From Saccostrea cucullata (Eukaryota): DNA of 64,000 bases. The notes beneath the pieces were generated by a model. That model searched no databases. It was not told where the DNA came from and was given only the letters and a program-made list of their open reading frames with translations. Positions 26,901-40,900 of this stretch are shown piece after piece (position 1 is the stretch's first letter; every line of letters starts with the position of its first letter). The DNA is taken from assembly GCF_032062105.1 (NCBI RefSeq), contig NW_026923278.1:62001-126000 (forward strand). The letters are read 5' to 3'. A program made the translations under genes and the position numbers.

Positions 26901-27815
26901 TTGGTGGGTGGATCTAAAGTCCATTAGGCCGATAGAGGCCGTCATTATTAAAGGAAGCGTAGATCAAGGTATCATTATACAATTTTCTTCCAAAATTAAT
27001 TGTTTTAGCTTTTCGCAAATAAAATCAAACTTGTAATCAACAAATCACAGAAATGCTAATCGGAATCGCTAGCAACATCCAAAGGGTTAATTTGCATGAC
27101 TCTGAACATGGTTGGAATCCTTGGTTTATTCTCTCCTGGAAAGAGGAACAAATCGTTTTCGACAAGGAGAGATAAACGAAAGTTAATCCACCGTTTTGAC
27201 AATGGGCTTGAGATGTCTTATATATTTGCAGGACTTGGTACCTTTTGCTCTTGATGTTTTTCATGTTATATCAACCTAACTATGGACTTTAGAAATTTAA
27301 TTTTCAGGACTTCGAAATATAAGTATAACAATTCAGAACACTGAACCCAATTTTTCTGATTCTAAAACGATCAAACAAGATCCCTGCTTTACCCAGACTG
27401 AAAAGGTTTCCCCTTCCATCGTAACATCGTGTGGACGGAATACGGACGGCAGGTTTATATTTCGCTTATCTTTATTAGAACCTGATTGATATTTATTTAC
27501 ATTTACTTATCATATATATATTTATCAAGTTTCAGTTTCGGAAAATATAATTGCAGGATTTTTTAGATTATGAGTTGGTATCAAGATTTTTCATTTTTGA
27601 TACAGTGTATTTGATTCAATCACATCCATTAGACATACATTGATAATTTTAAATTCACATAAATATTTCTTGTTGCTGCAAACTATTACAAACTCTTAAG
27701 ACCCAGTGCAATTTATCTCCATTTCTGTAGATATGTGATAATTCGGAGAGGATCAGATGGCCGAAGTCCCCGGTCCTTAGTCTTGTGTGAAGTACTGGTC
27801 ATTCAAAGGATATAG
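23907..27815 (+). CDS. Type II transmembrane protein with a C-terminal F-type lectin (fucolectin/FTP, F5/8-like) domain
   Basis: In-frame exons 23907-24197, 24523-24559, 26478-26606, 26882-26968, 27308-27452 and 27731-27815. They give a cytoplasmic N-terminus, TM (VYLVFGCLLFFVSLILMVAG), then NFALEKPTKQSS..AVDGD..CSQT..PCWWVDL..C..GRYVII..LVLCEVLV*. The exon 2 boundary is the least certain. Confidence 0.78.
25083..25397 (+). mobile_element. tRNA-derived SINE
   Basis: A-box-like tagaacagttagtagagc, B-box gggttcgaatccc, shared body (gaagtgaaagttgt..cctcggat..tgtcacggtagg..gcacgataaagat), and an (aac/aatc) tail. Confidence 0.75.
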
Positions 27816-28572
27816 CGGCCATAAACTCTCGATGTCCTGTCTTTCACCCCTGATAGGTCAACCACCAGATATATACCAATGATTGAGAGACTGTGATATT
27901 TAATATAACAGAGTTGTATTTCGTACATATCTATTTATTATCTTGTTTCTTGGAGTATATATTGGGAAACAGGGAAATGGATCAGATAACGTGTGTGGAA
28001 TAAAGGCTTGCCAAAGGTTAAGCCGGTTTAGAAGCACCTGTCTACTCAATGATAACTATTATTTTTTGAAAATGTCTGAAGGAGTCTTTCTTGAATATGT
28101 CAATGACTGTCATTTGTAAATTGTTTTTAAAGATATTAGTGTGCATGTCATAATCGAAATATGTACATAAATGTTAAATATACATTTTTGTCTCAGTTGT
28201 GCTGCTGTATTTTCAAACAATTTTTGTTTTACTAGAATAAAAATAAAATTCAGTTTTTAAAAAATCTATATGGTATTACAATGACTAAAGAAATAAGTGT
28301 TTCAGAAAGTTCTTTTCATTATCGATGTACACCACTCTGATCAAAATGGTACAAATAATACTAATGAGAATAATGACATTTTTAGAACAATCTTTTTGGA
28401 TTTACAATCGGTATTTTTATCCAGTTCAGAATAATAACGTTAAGAAATTAATAAATTCATCCCACGACACTGCAGAGAATTATATGCATATCAAGAAATC
28501 ATACACAGATAAGGTCAACTGGTTTGAAGGTTTGATAAGAAATCCGTTGCCCAAAGCAGGACGCCTGTTGCA

Positions 28573-31500
28573 ATGTTGTGGGTAGTTGCTTTAGGTCTTT
28601 TTGGGACACTTTGGCGGGTTGATGCTAGGGTGCTTAGTAAGGACCAAGCTGAAACCCTTCATACTATCCATAAACGTGAGTACATTTATATCTCAAAAGT
28701 TATTGTTTACAGGCCTTAGAAACTGAGCTGTATGATGTGGCAAGAGAAATTCATTTTTATCGTTTGTTGATAATAAAATATAATTAATATTTTAAAAAAA
28801 GGGAGACTGAATATATACTGTATAAAGTCACTATATTTTTTTCGAAAATAATTGATATGCGTAAAAATTGATTTTTTAGGTTTTAGTGTTTGCTATGACG
28901 ATCTTGGATGCTACAGTACCGGAAGTCCTTTCTGGAGTATCCATAGGCCTATAAATTTCCTTCCTCAATCTCCTCAGAAGATCAATACGAGATTCTTTCT
29001 TTACACAAGATCTAACAAGATCCATTACAATCAACTCATCGCCAACGACTACAACAGCATCACCAATTCTCACTTTGATAGTAGCAAGGACACTAAAATT
29101 ATATCTCACGGTTTTCTGGAAAATGGTTTCACAAGCTGGATGAGGGTATGGTAACAATGACAGCAAAAACTAGCACATTTTAAATGCATTTAATGCAATG
29201 AACTAAAAATAAAACTTCTAAACTATTCACAGGATATGAAAGATGAGTTTCTGAAGTCGGAAGATTTGAACGTGGTGTTGGTTGACTGGGGCGGTGGATC
29301 CGCCTTCCCTTACACACAGGCCACGGCGAACACGCAAGTTGTTGGCGCAGAAATTGCCAAGCTTATCTCTGTCTTAAAGGTACAAAGTTCGAATTTTTAA
29401 AAAAAAAAAAAACAACACCAAATTTGTTGATTTTTTTTAAACTGCAGTAACGTTTCGATTTGTGAACATATTTTACTTTATACAAAAAATACTACATTGA
29501 TAATAAAAATGATGACAACATTATTCAGAAAATTTCCAATGCGGATCCAATGAAGGTTCATATTATTGGACACAGTTTGGGAGCTCACATTGCCGGGTAC
29601 GCCGGAGAGAGGACACCAAACCTCGGGAGAATCACAGGTCCATTGTCTTTGTGATAAACATCGAAATCTTATTGGAAAAAAAAATATGGAGAATAATGAC
29701 CTTTTCGATTGCAACGTATTTTCCAGGTCTTGATCCCGCGGGTCCTTACTTCGAGAACACAGACAAGGTGGTTCGCTTGGATCCCACTGACGCCATCTTT
29801 GTTGACGCTCTCCATACGGACGCAGAGACTTTGGTTCCAAACGTTGGTAAGTGGACAAAATACTGAATTATAAGTTCGGTGAATTGCGTAATGGACTTTT
29901 GAGCTCAAATACTGTTCGTTATCCCCACATATTTTACCTACAATCTTATCTTTTTTAACAGGGTTCGGAATGATGGAACCTGTGGGTCACGTAGACTTTT
30001 ACCCAAATGGAGGCAAAGATCAACCCGGTTGTAATACTGATCCTTTGACACACATTCAAATACAAGGAGGAATCTATGATGGTAAACCCCATTTCTTCAA
30101 TTCTTTGAAGATAGCAGTATTCATTTTGAAAGATTCCTACAAATCAAGGAAATCAAGTCTAAGGTGCTCTTCAAATGCATTTGAAGACAAAGGGTTTGTT
30201 ACATCTCAAAAAATTAATTCAGCAGATATTTACAATACATATAAAAGCTTCACATTTTCACTGATGATCTATAAGGTATGAATCATTAAACAAAAAAACC
30301 GTTGATTCAGGTACCAAGCAGTTTATTGCTTGCAATCATCTTAGAGCTTATGAGTATTTTACGGAATCCATCAACAGCGCCTGTCCCTTTGAAGCCTACA
30401 GTTGTGATTCTTATGATCATTTTAAGGTATGACTTTGTATACTTACCATCCTGATGGAAATACAATGAAGCGCATTGAAGTGGTAAAATTTTCCGTTTGG
30501 ATGGAACGTTTTCAGCTATCTTAGAAGTTGATTGTCATATGATGACACAGCTATTTCTTTAGAGAGGGAAAACTCGGACAAATGGTTCATAAAAATACCA
30601 GTAGAATAGGTGAATAGGTATTCCATAAATATAATACTAGTAGCCAATCAAATTGACAGTCTACATAAACATCGAGTACGCACGTGTTCGACCAATACAT
30701 GTGTTATGGTAACTCCAATAAACATGATAAATTTATAATAATGTACACATTCGTTTCAATACATGTACAGAAGCGGGAACTCTCTAACTCTCTCTCTTAT
30801 AACAACTAAAAATCTCCATTTCTTTGTAACTCGTGCTGCTTGTCAAACATTACAATATTTCTTTTTTCGTTTCTAAAGAAATGGGCGTGTCATTTTGTTA
30901 TAATTGACGTTCAAAACATGACTCAGAACGTTTCATCCAAACGGAAAATTTAACTATTTCAATGCGCTTCATTGTATCTTGTAGATCTTTTTTTGTGATT
31001 CCTTGACGAAAATTATAAAGAGCTGAAGAATTAGTTCATAAAATATATGGACCTGTTGGGGTGTCAATATTTGTTGGCAACCAGGCAACCAACACTTTAT
31101 TGTTTAGGGGATATTTGATAATAAATGGGCAATTTGTATGTTAAAAGTACTCAATGAATAAATGTCTCTACGAATTCATTTGTTTGGAATGTAAATTCAC
31201 GGGTAAGGATGCTTAAACTATGAAAATTGGTCTCCAAGTGATAGTTCTATACATGACACTTGACATCCGCACAGGATGGAACATGTCACTTGGATTGTTC
31301 CGTTGCTGGTAATTGTGGAAAGATGGGATACCATGCTGGCGAGTTAAAATCGGTGAAAAACGCAATTGGTAAAAAGTACTTCTTGAAGACAACAACCCGT
31401 GATCCATATTGTGGTAAGTAATTCAAAACTTAGGACACTAGGAAGTGGTGACCATATACGACTATATTTTTGAAAGTACAAGTTGATATATTTTCAAAAA

Positions 31501-33508
31501 CACATTAGAAACTCAGTCAATACAGCGCTCGCTCCGTGTTCGGAAGGTCTTGGGGTCGCTCCTTGTCTGTGATATACATAGATGGATAAAAAACAATGAG
31601 GAGCATCTGTTCTTCGGCATTTTGAAGTAAAAGTTGCTGGTGTTTCGGATGAGACCTTAAAATGTAAGGCCTTTAGTCGCAAGGGGTTTAGTAATGCTAA
31701 AAGTTCATCATTGCTCAAGGGATCTGAGTGTCAAATAAAAGCCCAGATATTAAGCACCTTTATTTGCCTATTCATTATCTCATTGGAGTCAAATAATCTT
31801 GCAAGAGACGTTAAACTACAATGAATTATTCAAAGTCGGGCCTGCATGTGCAACCTTTTAAAAACGATAGTTTATAATGAATAAAAATGTATTGTGTTCA
31901 GTAATCATAAGCGCCTATCTCTTGACAACTTTCTTTTTAAAAGATGTAGTATAGAAATCTTTTGGATGTCAGTGGTTGGCTGATTATATGCTGTTTATCG
32001 TCCAATTTGAAATTTTTTCACTCATTCGTATAGACTTTCAATGAAGTGTCACAAATCTTGATCTAGATGCATAGCATTGATCTGTCTTTATTTCACTGAC
32101 GTCTACTGTGACGCGGTCGCTCGGTTTTAAGGTTTCATCCATAAGACCCGTGATTTTTTACTTCTCATTCCTCAGCAGTTAGCAGAGAAACAGAAGCTGT
32201 GTGAAACATCTGGAACCGGGTCCTTTCGACTACTAGATTTGGCAAGGATTAACTAGATTATAGTTGTACATGTACAAAAGTCTCTACGCGTCTTGAACGT
32301 TGATTTGAAATTTTCCTGTTCAATTATGGTTGAAATACTGTATGTCACCGTGAAATTCTGATAATCTTCGAATACTTGCATAAATGTTCCAGATAATGTT
32401 ACCTGAGGAGCGATTTTGGTGCAAGCGTCAATGCAAAATCGTTATCGTGCAAAACAAGTAGACCCAATAAGATAAATTTTCTTGCTAGGGATTATTACAT
32501 TATTCGTGGTTTATTGAATATTGATATAAATTTTAATATTAGTCTGATCAACTAAACCAATATATAAGTTTTCTCTATAATCTATGCATAGAGTACCATT
32601 ACGTTATCCGGGTTACCTTGGGCCATCCATCTGGATCCCATGAATGGCGTGGGGAACTTAAGGCAAATATACATGGCACACATGGACAACTTGGTCAAAG
32701 AACTGTTACCGAAGAGTATGTATAAACTACATGTCTATTGTCAGTAACAACGTCTATTCGACACAAACTCATTATGTGTTATGTCCCTGTTGGAACATAA
32801 CAAACTGTCTTTACTTATAGCTCATAATTATATAACCAGCAGTGACCGTCAATAAAATTATGCTTTTTTGCTTGCAGTTATGTTTATTTCCAACCTGGCA
32901 AGAGTTACTCTTACGTCATCGCAATACCTCATAGCATCGGTGACATCAGAGACGTCTCGCTTCAGTGGGTTCACCACGGGGCGAGCATTAACCCGTTTCA
33001 GTGGAATCTATTCAACCTTCGCCATCCAATGCTTTACTTCCAAAGAGTAGAAGTGGTTTCAGGCGGCACCCATCAAAAGTGAGTCTGGTTTTCCATGATT
33101 AATTGCAAATCCAGATTTCCGAATAATTTTTTGCTTTGATTTCTTATGCAGTGCGAATTAATGCGTTTATTATCTCGGTTTTTATTTTATACATCTATAT
33201 ATATTTTTTCTTCATTATCTTTTAATTTTTTTTAAAACATTGAATATGTTAAATAATTCAATTTGACTATTCATTTGTGTTCCTTATAATTTTAAATCGT
33301 TAATTTTTACAAAAGTTTATAACTTTTCCCCCGAATTTTTTTTTTTTAGATTTTTTTAATACGACTAAAAAGAAACCACCTATCACTTAAGTTGTTTATT
33401 AAGTTTTTTTATGCATAAAGATTTGATTATACTTTTTTCAGAGTGGCATTTTGTAGCACTGTAGGTACAGAAAGCGGAACTCAGAGGACCCTTAACACAA
33501 TATGCTAA
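28573..33508 (+). CDS. Pancreatic lipase-related protein (lipase + PLAT domain), copy 1
   Basis: 11 exons: 28573-28675, 28880-29145, 29233-29379, 29529-29637, 29727-29846, 29962-30081, 30311-30426, 31275-31412, 32592-32715, 32878-33078 and 33442-33508. Signal peptide, [36 protein letters not shown], and a C-terminal PLAT domain. Confidence 0.93.
30463..30974. mobile_element. MITE with ~50-bp TIRs and TA TSD (Tc1/mariner-like) in a lipase intron
   Basis: ta|caatgaagcgcattgaa..ttttccgtttggatg..aacgtt and its inverse ..ttcaatgcgcttcattg|ta. Confidence 0.8.
31510..31830 (+). mobile_element. tRNA-derived SINE (degenerate)
   Basis: agcgctcgctccgtg..ggaaggtcttggggtcg head; gaagtaaaagttgc..cggatgagaccttaaaa body; gagacgttaaac end. 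Confidence 0.6.
32020..32225 (-). mobile_element. SINE fragment, reverse orientation
   Basis: The reverse complement contains ggatgaaaccttaaaaccgag..gtcacagtag, matching the body of the other SINE copies. Confidence 0.45.
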
Positions 33509-33717
33509 CTAAATATATATATACATGTATATTTTTTTACTAATATAAAACCGTAACAAGATTGTTTGTATTTTTTTTTTTGTATCAACCTTTGATTTGT
33601 TATAGAATTTATCCAAATTCTTATGAGATGAGAACAATTTCCAAAGAAAATATGCTGTTAAAACACAGCACTGGTTTTAAAAAAAAGAATTTTCAATTTT
33701 AGATCTATAAGAATATA

Positions 33718-34065
33718 GCTGTCACGGTTTTTCAGTCGATAGAGCGCTCGCCCCGTGATTGAAAGGTCGTATGTTTGAATCAGGCCACCAATGACATGAG
33801 TCGATTAAAAATAACAGGTAGCAACTGTTCCTTCGCCAAGCGCTTGGTACTTTGAAGTGAAAATTGTGGTCCTACGATTGAGACCTTAAAACCAAGGCCC
33901 TGTGTCACGGTATTGGCGTTAGCACGATCAAGAACTCTCACTGCTCAATGACCCTAAGTACGAGTACAGATAAAAATTTTGAAGCCCTTCACTGCTATAT
34001 AATGATGTTTCCAAAGGGAATCAAAGATTCTCAAAAGAGACGTTAAACAACATACAAACAATCAA
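33718..34065 (+). mobile_element. tRNA-derived SINE
   Basis: cagtcgatagagcgctcgccccgtg..aaggtcgtatgtttgaatc head; gagaccttaaaaccaagg..tgtcacgg body; gacgttaaacaacatacaaacaatcaa tail. Confidence 0.7.
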
Positions 34066-34906
34066 TGTATAAAAAAGCAACAATGTATCACTAGGTGTAT
34101 ATAAAATAAAAATAGAGCCTATTTCTCGCTCTTTCTCTATAGAGTGCGCATGTATTTTGCTATTGGAACGTGTATAATCTATGTTCTCACAGACACCATT
34201 ATTTTGGTTGTGTTCTATGTTTATACCGGGTATTTAAATAAAATCTAGAGATTCTGCTTTGCAACATTTATTGGCAACAAAATATAACGACGGTTAACAA
34301 AAACATGATGACAAAGTTGTAACTTAACAAACTTTCTCAGTCCGTTTTTGTAATGACTCTTGACGTTATCACTATTTTAGTTTTTATTTGTTTAAAAAAA
34401 AATTGTAACTGTTTTTATAAAATTATTCAACGTCAAGTGTAATTACGCTCTAATCTGATTACAAATGTTAAGCTAGTTTGAACTGTCCACTTGGATAAAT
34501 TTACAGAAAGTGGAGACAGATTATCTACACTGAGTTAATTTTTTTTGGTGCAAATAATTCAACGGACTCAGTGATTGGTCAACTTGATATACAATATAAA
34601 AGACGTAACTGACGAACACAAAACAAGAGACATAAGCAGAAGCATTGCTACTTTGTCTATCTGAAAGCTAAAGGCGTACAAGACAAAACACCTTACATTC
34701 ACACCCCAAAACACTGAAGTGCGCCGATTGTATGATAGCCCCGCTCTGTCTCTTGATCACCTGTATTATAGCAAACAGATACTCGTCGTCAAAAGTGAAA
34801 TTCAATTGATACAACCTATTTCATAATAGTGTATACTAGTATTGATGATAACTGAAAAGATTAAAGACAGGAAATGCGCGCATGAAGCTGTTATTGCCGC
34901 TATTTC

Positions 34907-37900
34907 CTACGCCACGCCCTGACAACGAACACGCCCTATTGTATGCGCTCCCTGCTCCACAGGTTCATTTCCTACAAAGACAATAAACACAAATAAAAAC
35001 AACAAGCACAAAACAAAAGAACATTGTCCTCTTCCTTTGGATATCATGCGGCATGCCCCCATTATTACACATTTTCTGCCCTGAAGATACACAACTTTTG
35101 AAAATTGTGAGTAATAAAAGAGGCATGTGCGGTGATATCCCAATATGAATTTGTTGTTCCTGTTTCCGGTTGTCGATTTGGCCATTTCTTTAACAAGCAA
35201 ACGTTATCCCAAGGTTCCATACGCCAGCACTGGTCCAATAGTGACGTAGCCGTCTTCAGAAGCGCTACCTTTAGAAACAAGGTCATGTGATTAAACCCCT
35301 ATTGTTAGTGTGGTTGTGTTCGATTTTTCCTATTGCAATTTCATACAAATTGACGATTAGTCATTTAGATACATAAAGAGAATTTTACCTCTCTGCTGGA
35401 AACAAAATATTGAAAATTTGTTATATGAAAAATAAATTTTATATCTTTTCTTCTTCATATTGGTTGTGTTTGCATAAAGCAATTACATTATTCCTTTATT
35501 GATTATGCATATAATTTTATAAGAATACTTTTAATTTACATTTCGTTTATTAGAATTTAAAACATAAGAAATTATAAATTTCTAGTTCGCATGCAAACGT
35601 TTTAAAGCCCAGTTGCAGTAAGTCATACATGGCAAACAAATACAAGTTTATCTACGCTAAATAGCAATATGCACATTTTTCATCGATGGCTTAAAATTTA
35701 AAAGTAGTCTTACGTATTGTTTCATAAACACACTAGATTTCTTTAGTGAGGCTACTACGCGTTAACATTTTATTAGTGTGTTCTTTAAATGATATAGAAA
35801 TTAAAATATTAAAGATGACTTCTTAAGATCGTTATGCAATGATTTCATTTGATTAAAGGACATATGTATGACAATATAAATAATTATATAAAAATTTACA
35901 TAATTTATTTATCATGATGTACTTCAGACATTTTAATAGGATTCATGAAACAATGTACTCTTGTATGCCCCATTTAAAAAGGTGCATGCTATCTCAACAG
36001 TGACAACGAGTGGAAAACATTGTTAAGATTTTACATTAAAATGAATAACTTAAACATAGTTAAAGGTATGGAATATTTAGAAGATACAAACTCACCGGTG
36101 TCTCCTGCGCGAAAAGCGAGAATGGGTAAGTCATCCTTGTATGTTATGTAACCCTCATCTGACCGCCATTGGAGATCGTTACTGTCACAATTACATGGTA
36201 AAGATGCATTTGCGCATGATTTAGTGTCACCGCATGCGCAATTTCCACTTCCTGGCTTGGCTCCAGCAAAGTAAGAAGACGGGATTTCGTAGTTACTGAA
36301 CTCACTACTTCGATTTGTCCAAAACGTTGTCCAAGAATCCATTTGATGAGGATTGTGTATAACAGAGCCTTTGCATTCCCATCTTAGATATTGTTTGCAG
36401 TATTCTGAAGCATCAATGATTGCAATCACGTGGTCAATGGATATACTATAGTTCAATTTCGCTATGTACTCTCCTGCACCTTCGAATCCAAATACTCTGG
36501 TACGTGATTCTCGGTCATGTCCTACAAGAAAGAAATTTTGTTCACACATACCAGCAAAATCATCGCTTTGAGGAAAGGTGTTTGCTTTGTCATTCAAAAG
36601 AATCGAATCGTTTTAAGCAATTCATCATTTCTGTATCTTACCTATCACGGTCAAACCGACTCCACCCTCTGATTCCATATCACAATTCAGCCATACTGGT
36701 TGTAGTTCAGGTTTCCCAGACCATTTGTCTTTTCGTTCGGGTTTTAATTGAACCATGCCACTTTCTACCATTCCCCACTCACGTAGTTGACTACATGTGG
36801 AAGCTGTAATTAACGAAGATAAGTCACTGGTTTTTACTACTTACTAGGGAAAAAAGTTGGAACAAGCTATATATCGAAATAATAGACAGCTTGTACAAGA
36901 TGCAATTTATAAATATTTGACATATTTACCAAAAGGCCTGCACGGGAAAATGTTGCAGTCCTCCGTGCCATTGCTTGTTCCTTCGCATGGTGCAGTGAGA
37001 TCACCATATGAAGTCGTATTGCATTCTCGTGTTCGCCATCTTATTCCTGTGCCACAGGTGGCGCTGCATCTGGACCAACCCGACCAGGACATCCAATCCC
37101 CAGGGACTGTTAAATGCAAATTTTTAATTATTCCCTACGTTTAATTTTTCTTTGCAATAGAAAATAATGTATTGCAAAAATTCAGCAATAATATAATAAT
37201 AAATACAAGATCGAGTAAGTAGGAAAAAAGGAGAAATCGGGGTGGTAGGTTTGCGGTGAAAGCGCACAACGTTAAACAGATAACACAGAAGCTTATTGCA
37301 GAGTTCAAAAGACCTATATAAAATGAAAATATAAAATGATGTTATGGATGTCCTTTTTAAAAAAAAAAATAATTTATGCGCAAAGATTTATTATAATTAG
37401 ATAATCGTTTTTGTCATTTTTTTTTTTAAATTGTTACTTTGAATAATTCAATCTTAGTCATACTTGGACAAGTATTTTTTCCACACTCCTGTTGTTCCTG
37501 ATCCGCCCCTTCACACTCCGCGCCACCGTATCGTGGTCCGTCACACGTCCTATTTCTATATTGTAAACCACCACCACACGTAACGGAACATTCTCCCCAG
37601 ACAGACCACGTCAACCAAACGCCGTCCTCTGTAAAAATTAAGAACCAACATTTACCAGGATTTTGTCATACATCCTATAAGCTCTACCATATTGCAAACT
37701 CAGTACATGTGGTTACATCGATAACAAACGTAATGGCACACAATGCCTGTAATATTATACATTTATCAACAATTGATAAAGTCTTGCTTTCAATCCACTT
37801 ATTTATTTTGTTTATTTGTTAAACTTTTCACTTATTATATCTCTTACCACCTACCACCTTTCTAAAACAAATAATAAAGCCACCAACTACCGGCATTCAT

Positions 37901-40900
37901 ATTGAAACTGGAAAGTGCATAGAAATTTGATATGATTTTTTTCGACCTCTCATTCCCATCTCGTTTGCATGAATATGTGGGTCTGTCGTATATATATAAT
38001 ATGTGAGCAAGATAAGACAAAATATACAGGAGACCATCACCGAGAATATTATCACAACAAATTTCCTTCACCAGAATCACGTGATACCTGGACGACCAAT
38101 CAGACGCTTTATATAAGAGCTTGCAGACTGACAGGGATGGGTATTGCAATATTGAATTGAATATTGACTACCAACGCAAGTACCACCAAGACAAGCCCTA
38201 CTACGCAGTCGCATTCCTCCGCCACAAGGAACACTACATGCGTACCAAGGAAACCATGAACTCCAACCCGTAGCTACATCTGAAGAAAGAATCTGGCATC
38301 ATATACCATTTATTCGCAAAGTTTTGCAAATGAGGAAGTCCATCTCCAATATCCAAATCCTATTTGTCTATGAGATTCAGTAAGTCATTCTTCATTTTTG
38401 TAAACATGGCTTTAATTTTAATATTATTTCCATTATCGAGAAACTTGCGGAGAAAGGATGCATTTAGTGTCTAAGTAAAATAATTGAAAATGATTTGGCT
38501 TACCTGGACAACTTTGTGTATTACAATCCTGGGTCTCTGACCATGCCCCAGAGCAATTCTTACCCCCATGAAGGGGACCGTCACATGTACGACTCCGCTG
38601 CTGAGACCCACCTCCACAAGTAACATCACAATTCCCCCAAACCGACCACTCCTTAAACACGCCGTCCACTGTAACATTGTCAGCGTTAATATAATGAAGT
38701 GAAAAAATATCATTTAAGGTTATTTGTGTTATGTAATGTAATTGCTACAAACAAGATTGAAGAAATATTATCTCAAACTATTTAACAATGTAACATATAA
38801 TTATTATTCACTTTGAAACATTAAATTTTATCAGCGAATGAATATTTTCTTGTTTAGCAATTTATATGATTTTTCTACTGTAGAATTTTAACAAAATTAT
38901 CAGATTGTAAGCCACAATCTCAATATATTCTATGTTATTTTCCTTGGAGTGCTGAAAGCAGGAAACACACAGTGAATTGCGGTCAATTCCTGTAAACTCG
39001 CGTCGTTTGACACGAATTCAAAGGAATTGGACAAGATGTGAGAAACTATATCTATAACACCAAAACACTGAAACGGTTATAGACACATCATAGATCTCGT
39101 CATCTGTAAATGAAAATTATTCTCCTTGGCTTCTGACCAGGACACGGTTGTTGATTGCATTCTTGAGACTCTTCGCCCGGTCCTGTGCAGTTTGAGCCTC
39201 CATAAAACGGACCAAGACACTCCCTGGAGCGGAACTGTATCCCAGTACCACAAGACAAACTGCACATTTCCCAGTCATTCCAGTTTTTCCAAACGCCATC
39301 CACTGTGAATGATAAAAATATTACCTTTACAACGATATAAATTTGCAAAAATGTATATCTACAAACCCCTTGGAAGCCTGAAGGTTCCCTAAAAACCTTA
39401 TTCATGTACATACCTGGGCACGGATGTGTATTACATTCCTGGTAGTCATCTATGGAACCTGTACAGTTTGCTCCGCCATGATACGGTCCATCACAGGTCC
39501 TGTTCCTCTTCTGAGTTCCTCCTCCACATGTGACATTGCATGAATCCCAGTCGCCCCAGGACATCCACTCTCCATCAACTGAATAATGAGAAAATAATAA
39601 GAACTAGTTGACGGAATTCAAATTATGACACCACAATTGCTAGATTTGGATGTAAAAGCAACATACTCGGACATGGGTGTTCATTACAACTGTTTGATTC
39701 TTCAAAAGCTCCTGAGCAGTTGTCTCCCCCGTAGAAAGGCCCGATGCAGCTTCTGTTTCTCCACTGAACTCCACCACCACACGTCAGACTACATTCATAC
39801 CACTCCGACCAGTTGCCAAACAATCCATTTACTAGAAGACAAAGTATTTGCTTAAAATTCTCCAACATTTGTTGGGCATGTAAAAGAAAAAGTATACAGT
39901 TCAATATTTAAAAATAAAATGCTTCTTAGAGCTTAACCTTAGACACATACATAAAAAGCACGTAATATTTTCCCTAAAATACGGATAAAAATCGTTTCAC
40001 CTGGGCAGTGGTGTGTATTGCAGTCCCTGGTGTCCGTACCATTTCCGGAACAATTCCAGCCGCCGTGGTAGGGGCCATCACATGTGCGATATCGAGACTG
40101 ATTCCCTCCACCACAAATTTCGCTACAGTTATCCCATACGGACCACGGATTCCAAACGCCATCAACTTGAATAATTATTTTCAATTAGCAAATCGATATT
40201 ATAACAGAATTGTTCAATGATAATTCTACCCGGTATATTATACAAAAAAGATTATCATACTTGGACAGGGAAATGTGTTGCAGCTGCTTGAGTCCTCCTC
40301 CTCACCCTCGCATGGTTTACCGCTAAAGAAAGGTCCATCACATGTTCTATTACGTACACGTGTTCCACCTCCACAAGTGACATTACATGAACCCCAATCA
40401 CCCCAAGAAAGCCAACGGCCATCCACTGCAACAATCACGTAGCAATTTATCATTCCAAACAAAATTATACAGTTTTACAAAACTATTGCGCTCTCTATAT
40501 ACACCAATACTAGTTAAGGTGCCTGCAAAACGATCTTTTATTTTACACATAAAGCAACTACTGCAGACAACGACACGGACAGAACAACAGTCATATGTAG
40601 TGTAGTATTTTTCTACAGCATGGCAGCATATTGACTAAGCGACGCTTACGAACGATACTGACTTGTCGGAATCGCAGAATTTCAACCATGTCACAAGCGA
40701 TCTGAAACAAACCGTGCGATGATGTTACGAAATGAATATGACATGAGAAGAGTGCGATTCATAGCAATTTGTAATTGTTTATTTACCTGGACATGGGAAC
40801 GTATTACACTCCTGATAATCGATCAAAGAACCGTTACAAGAAGCACCACCATAGAAAGGTCCTAAACACGTGCGCTCACGTGATTGATTCCCTCCTCCAC

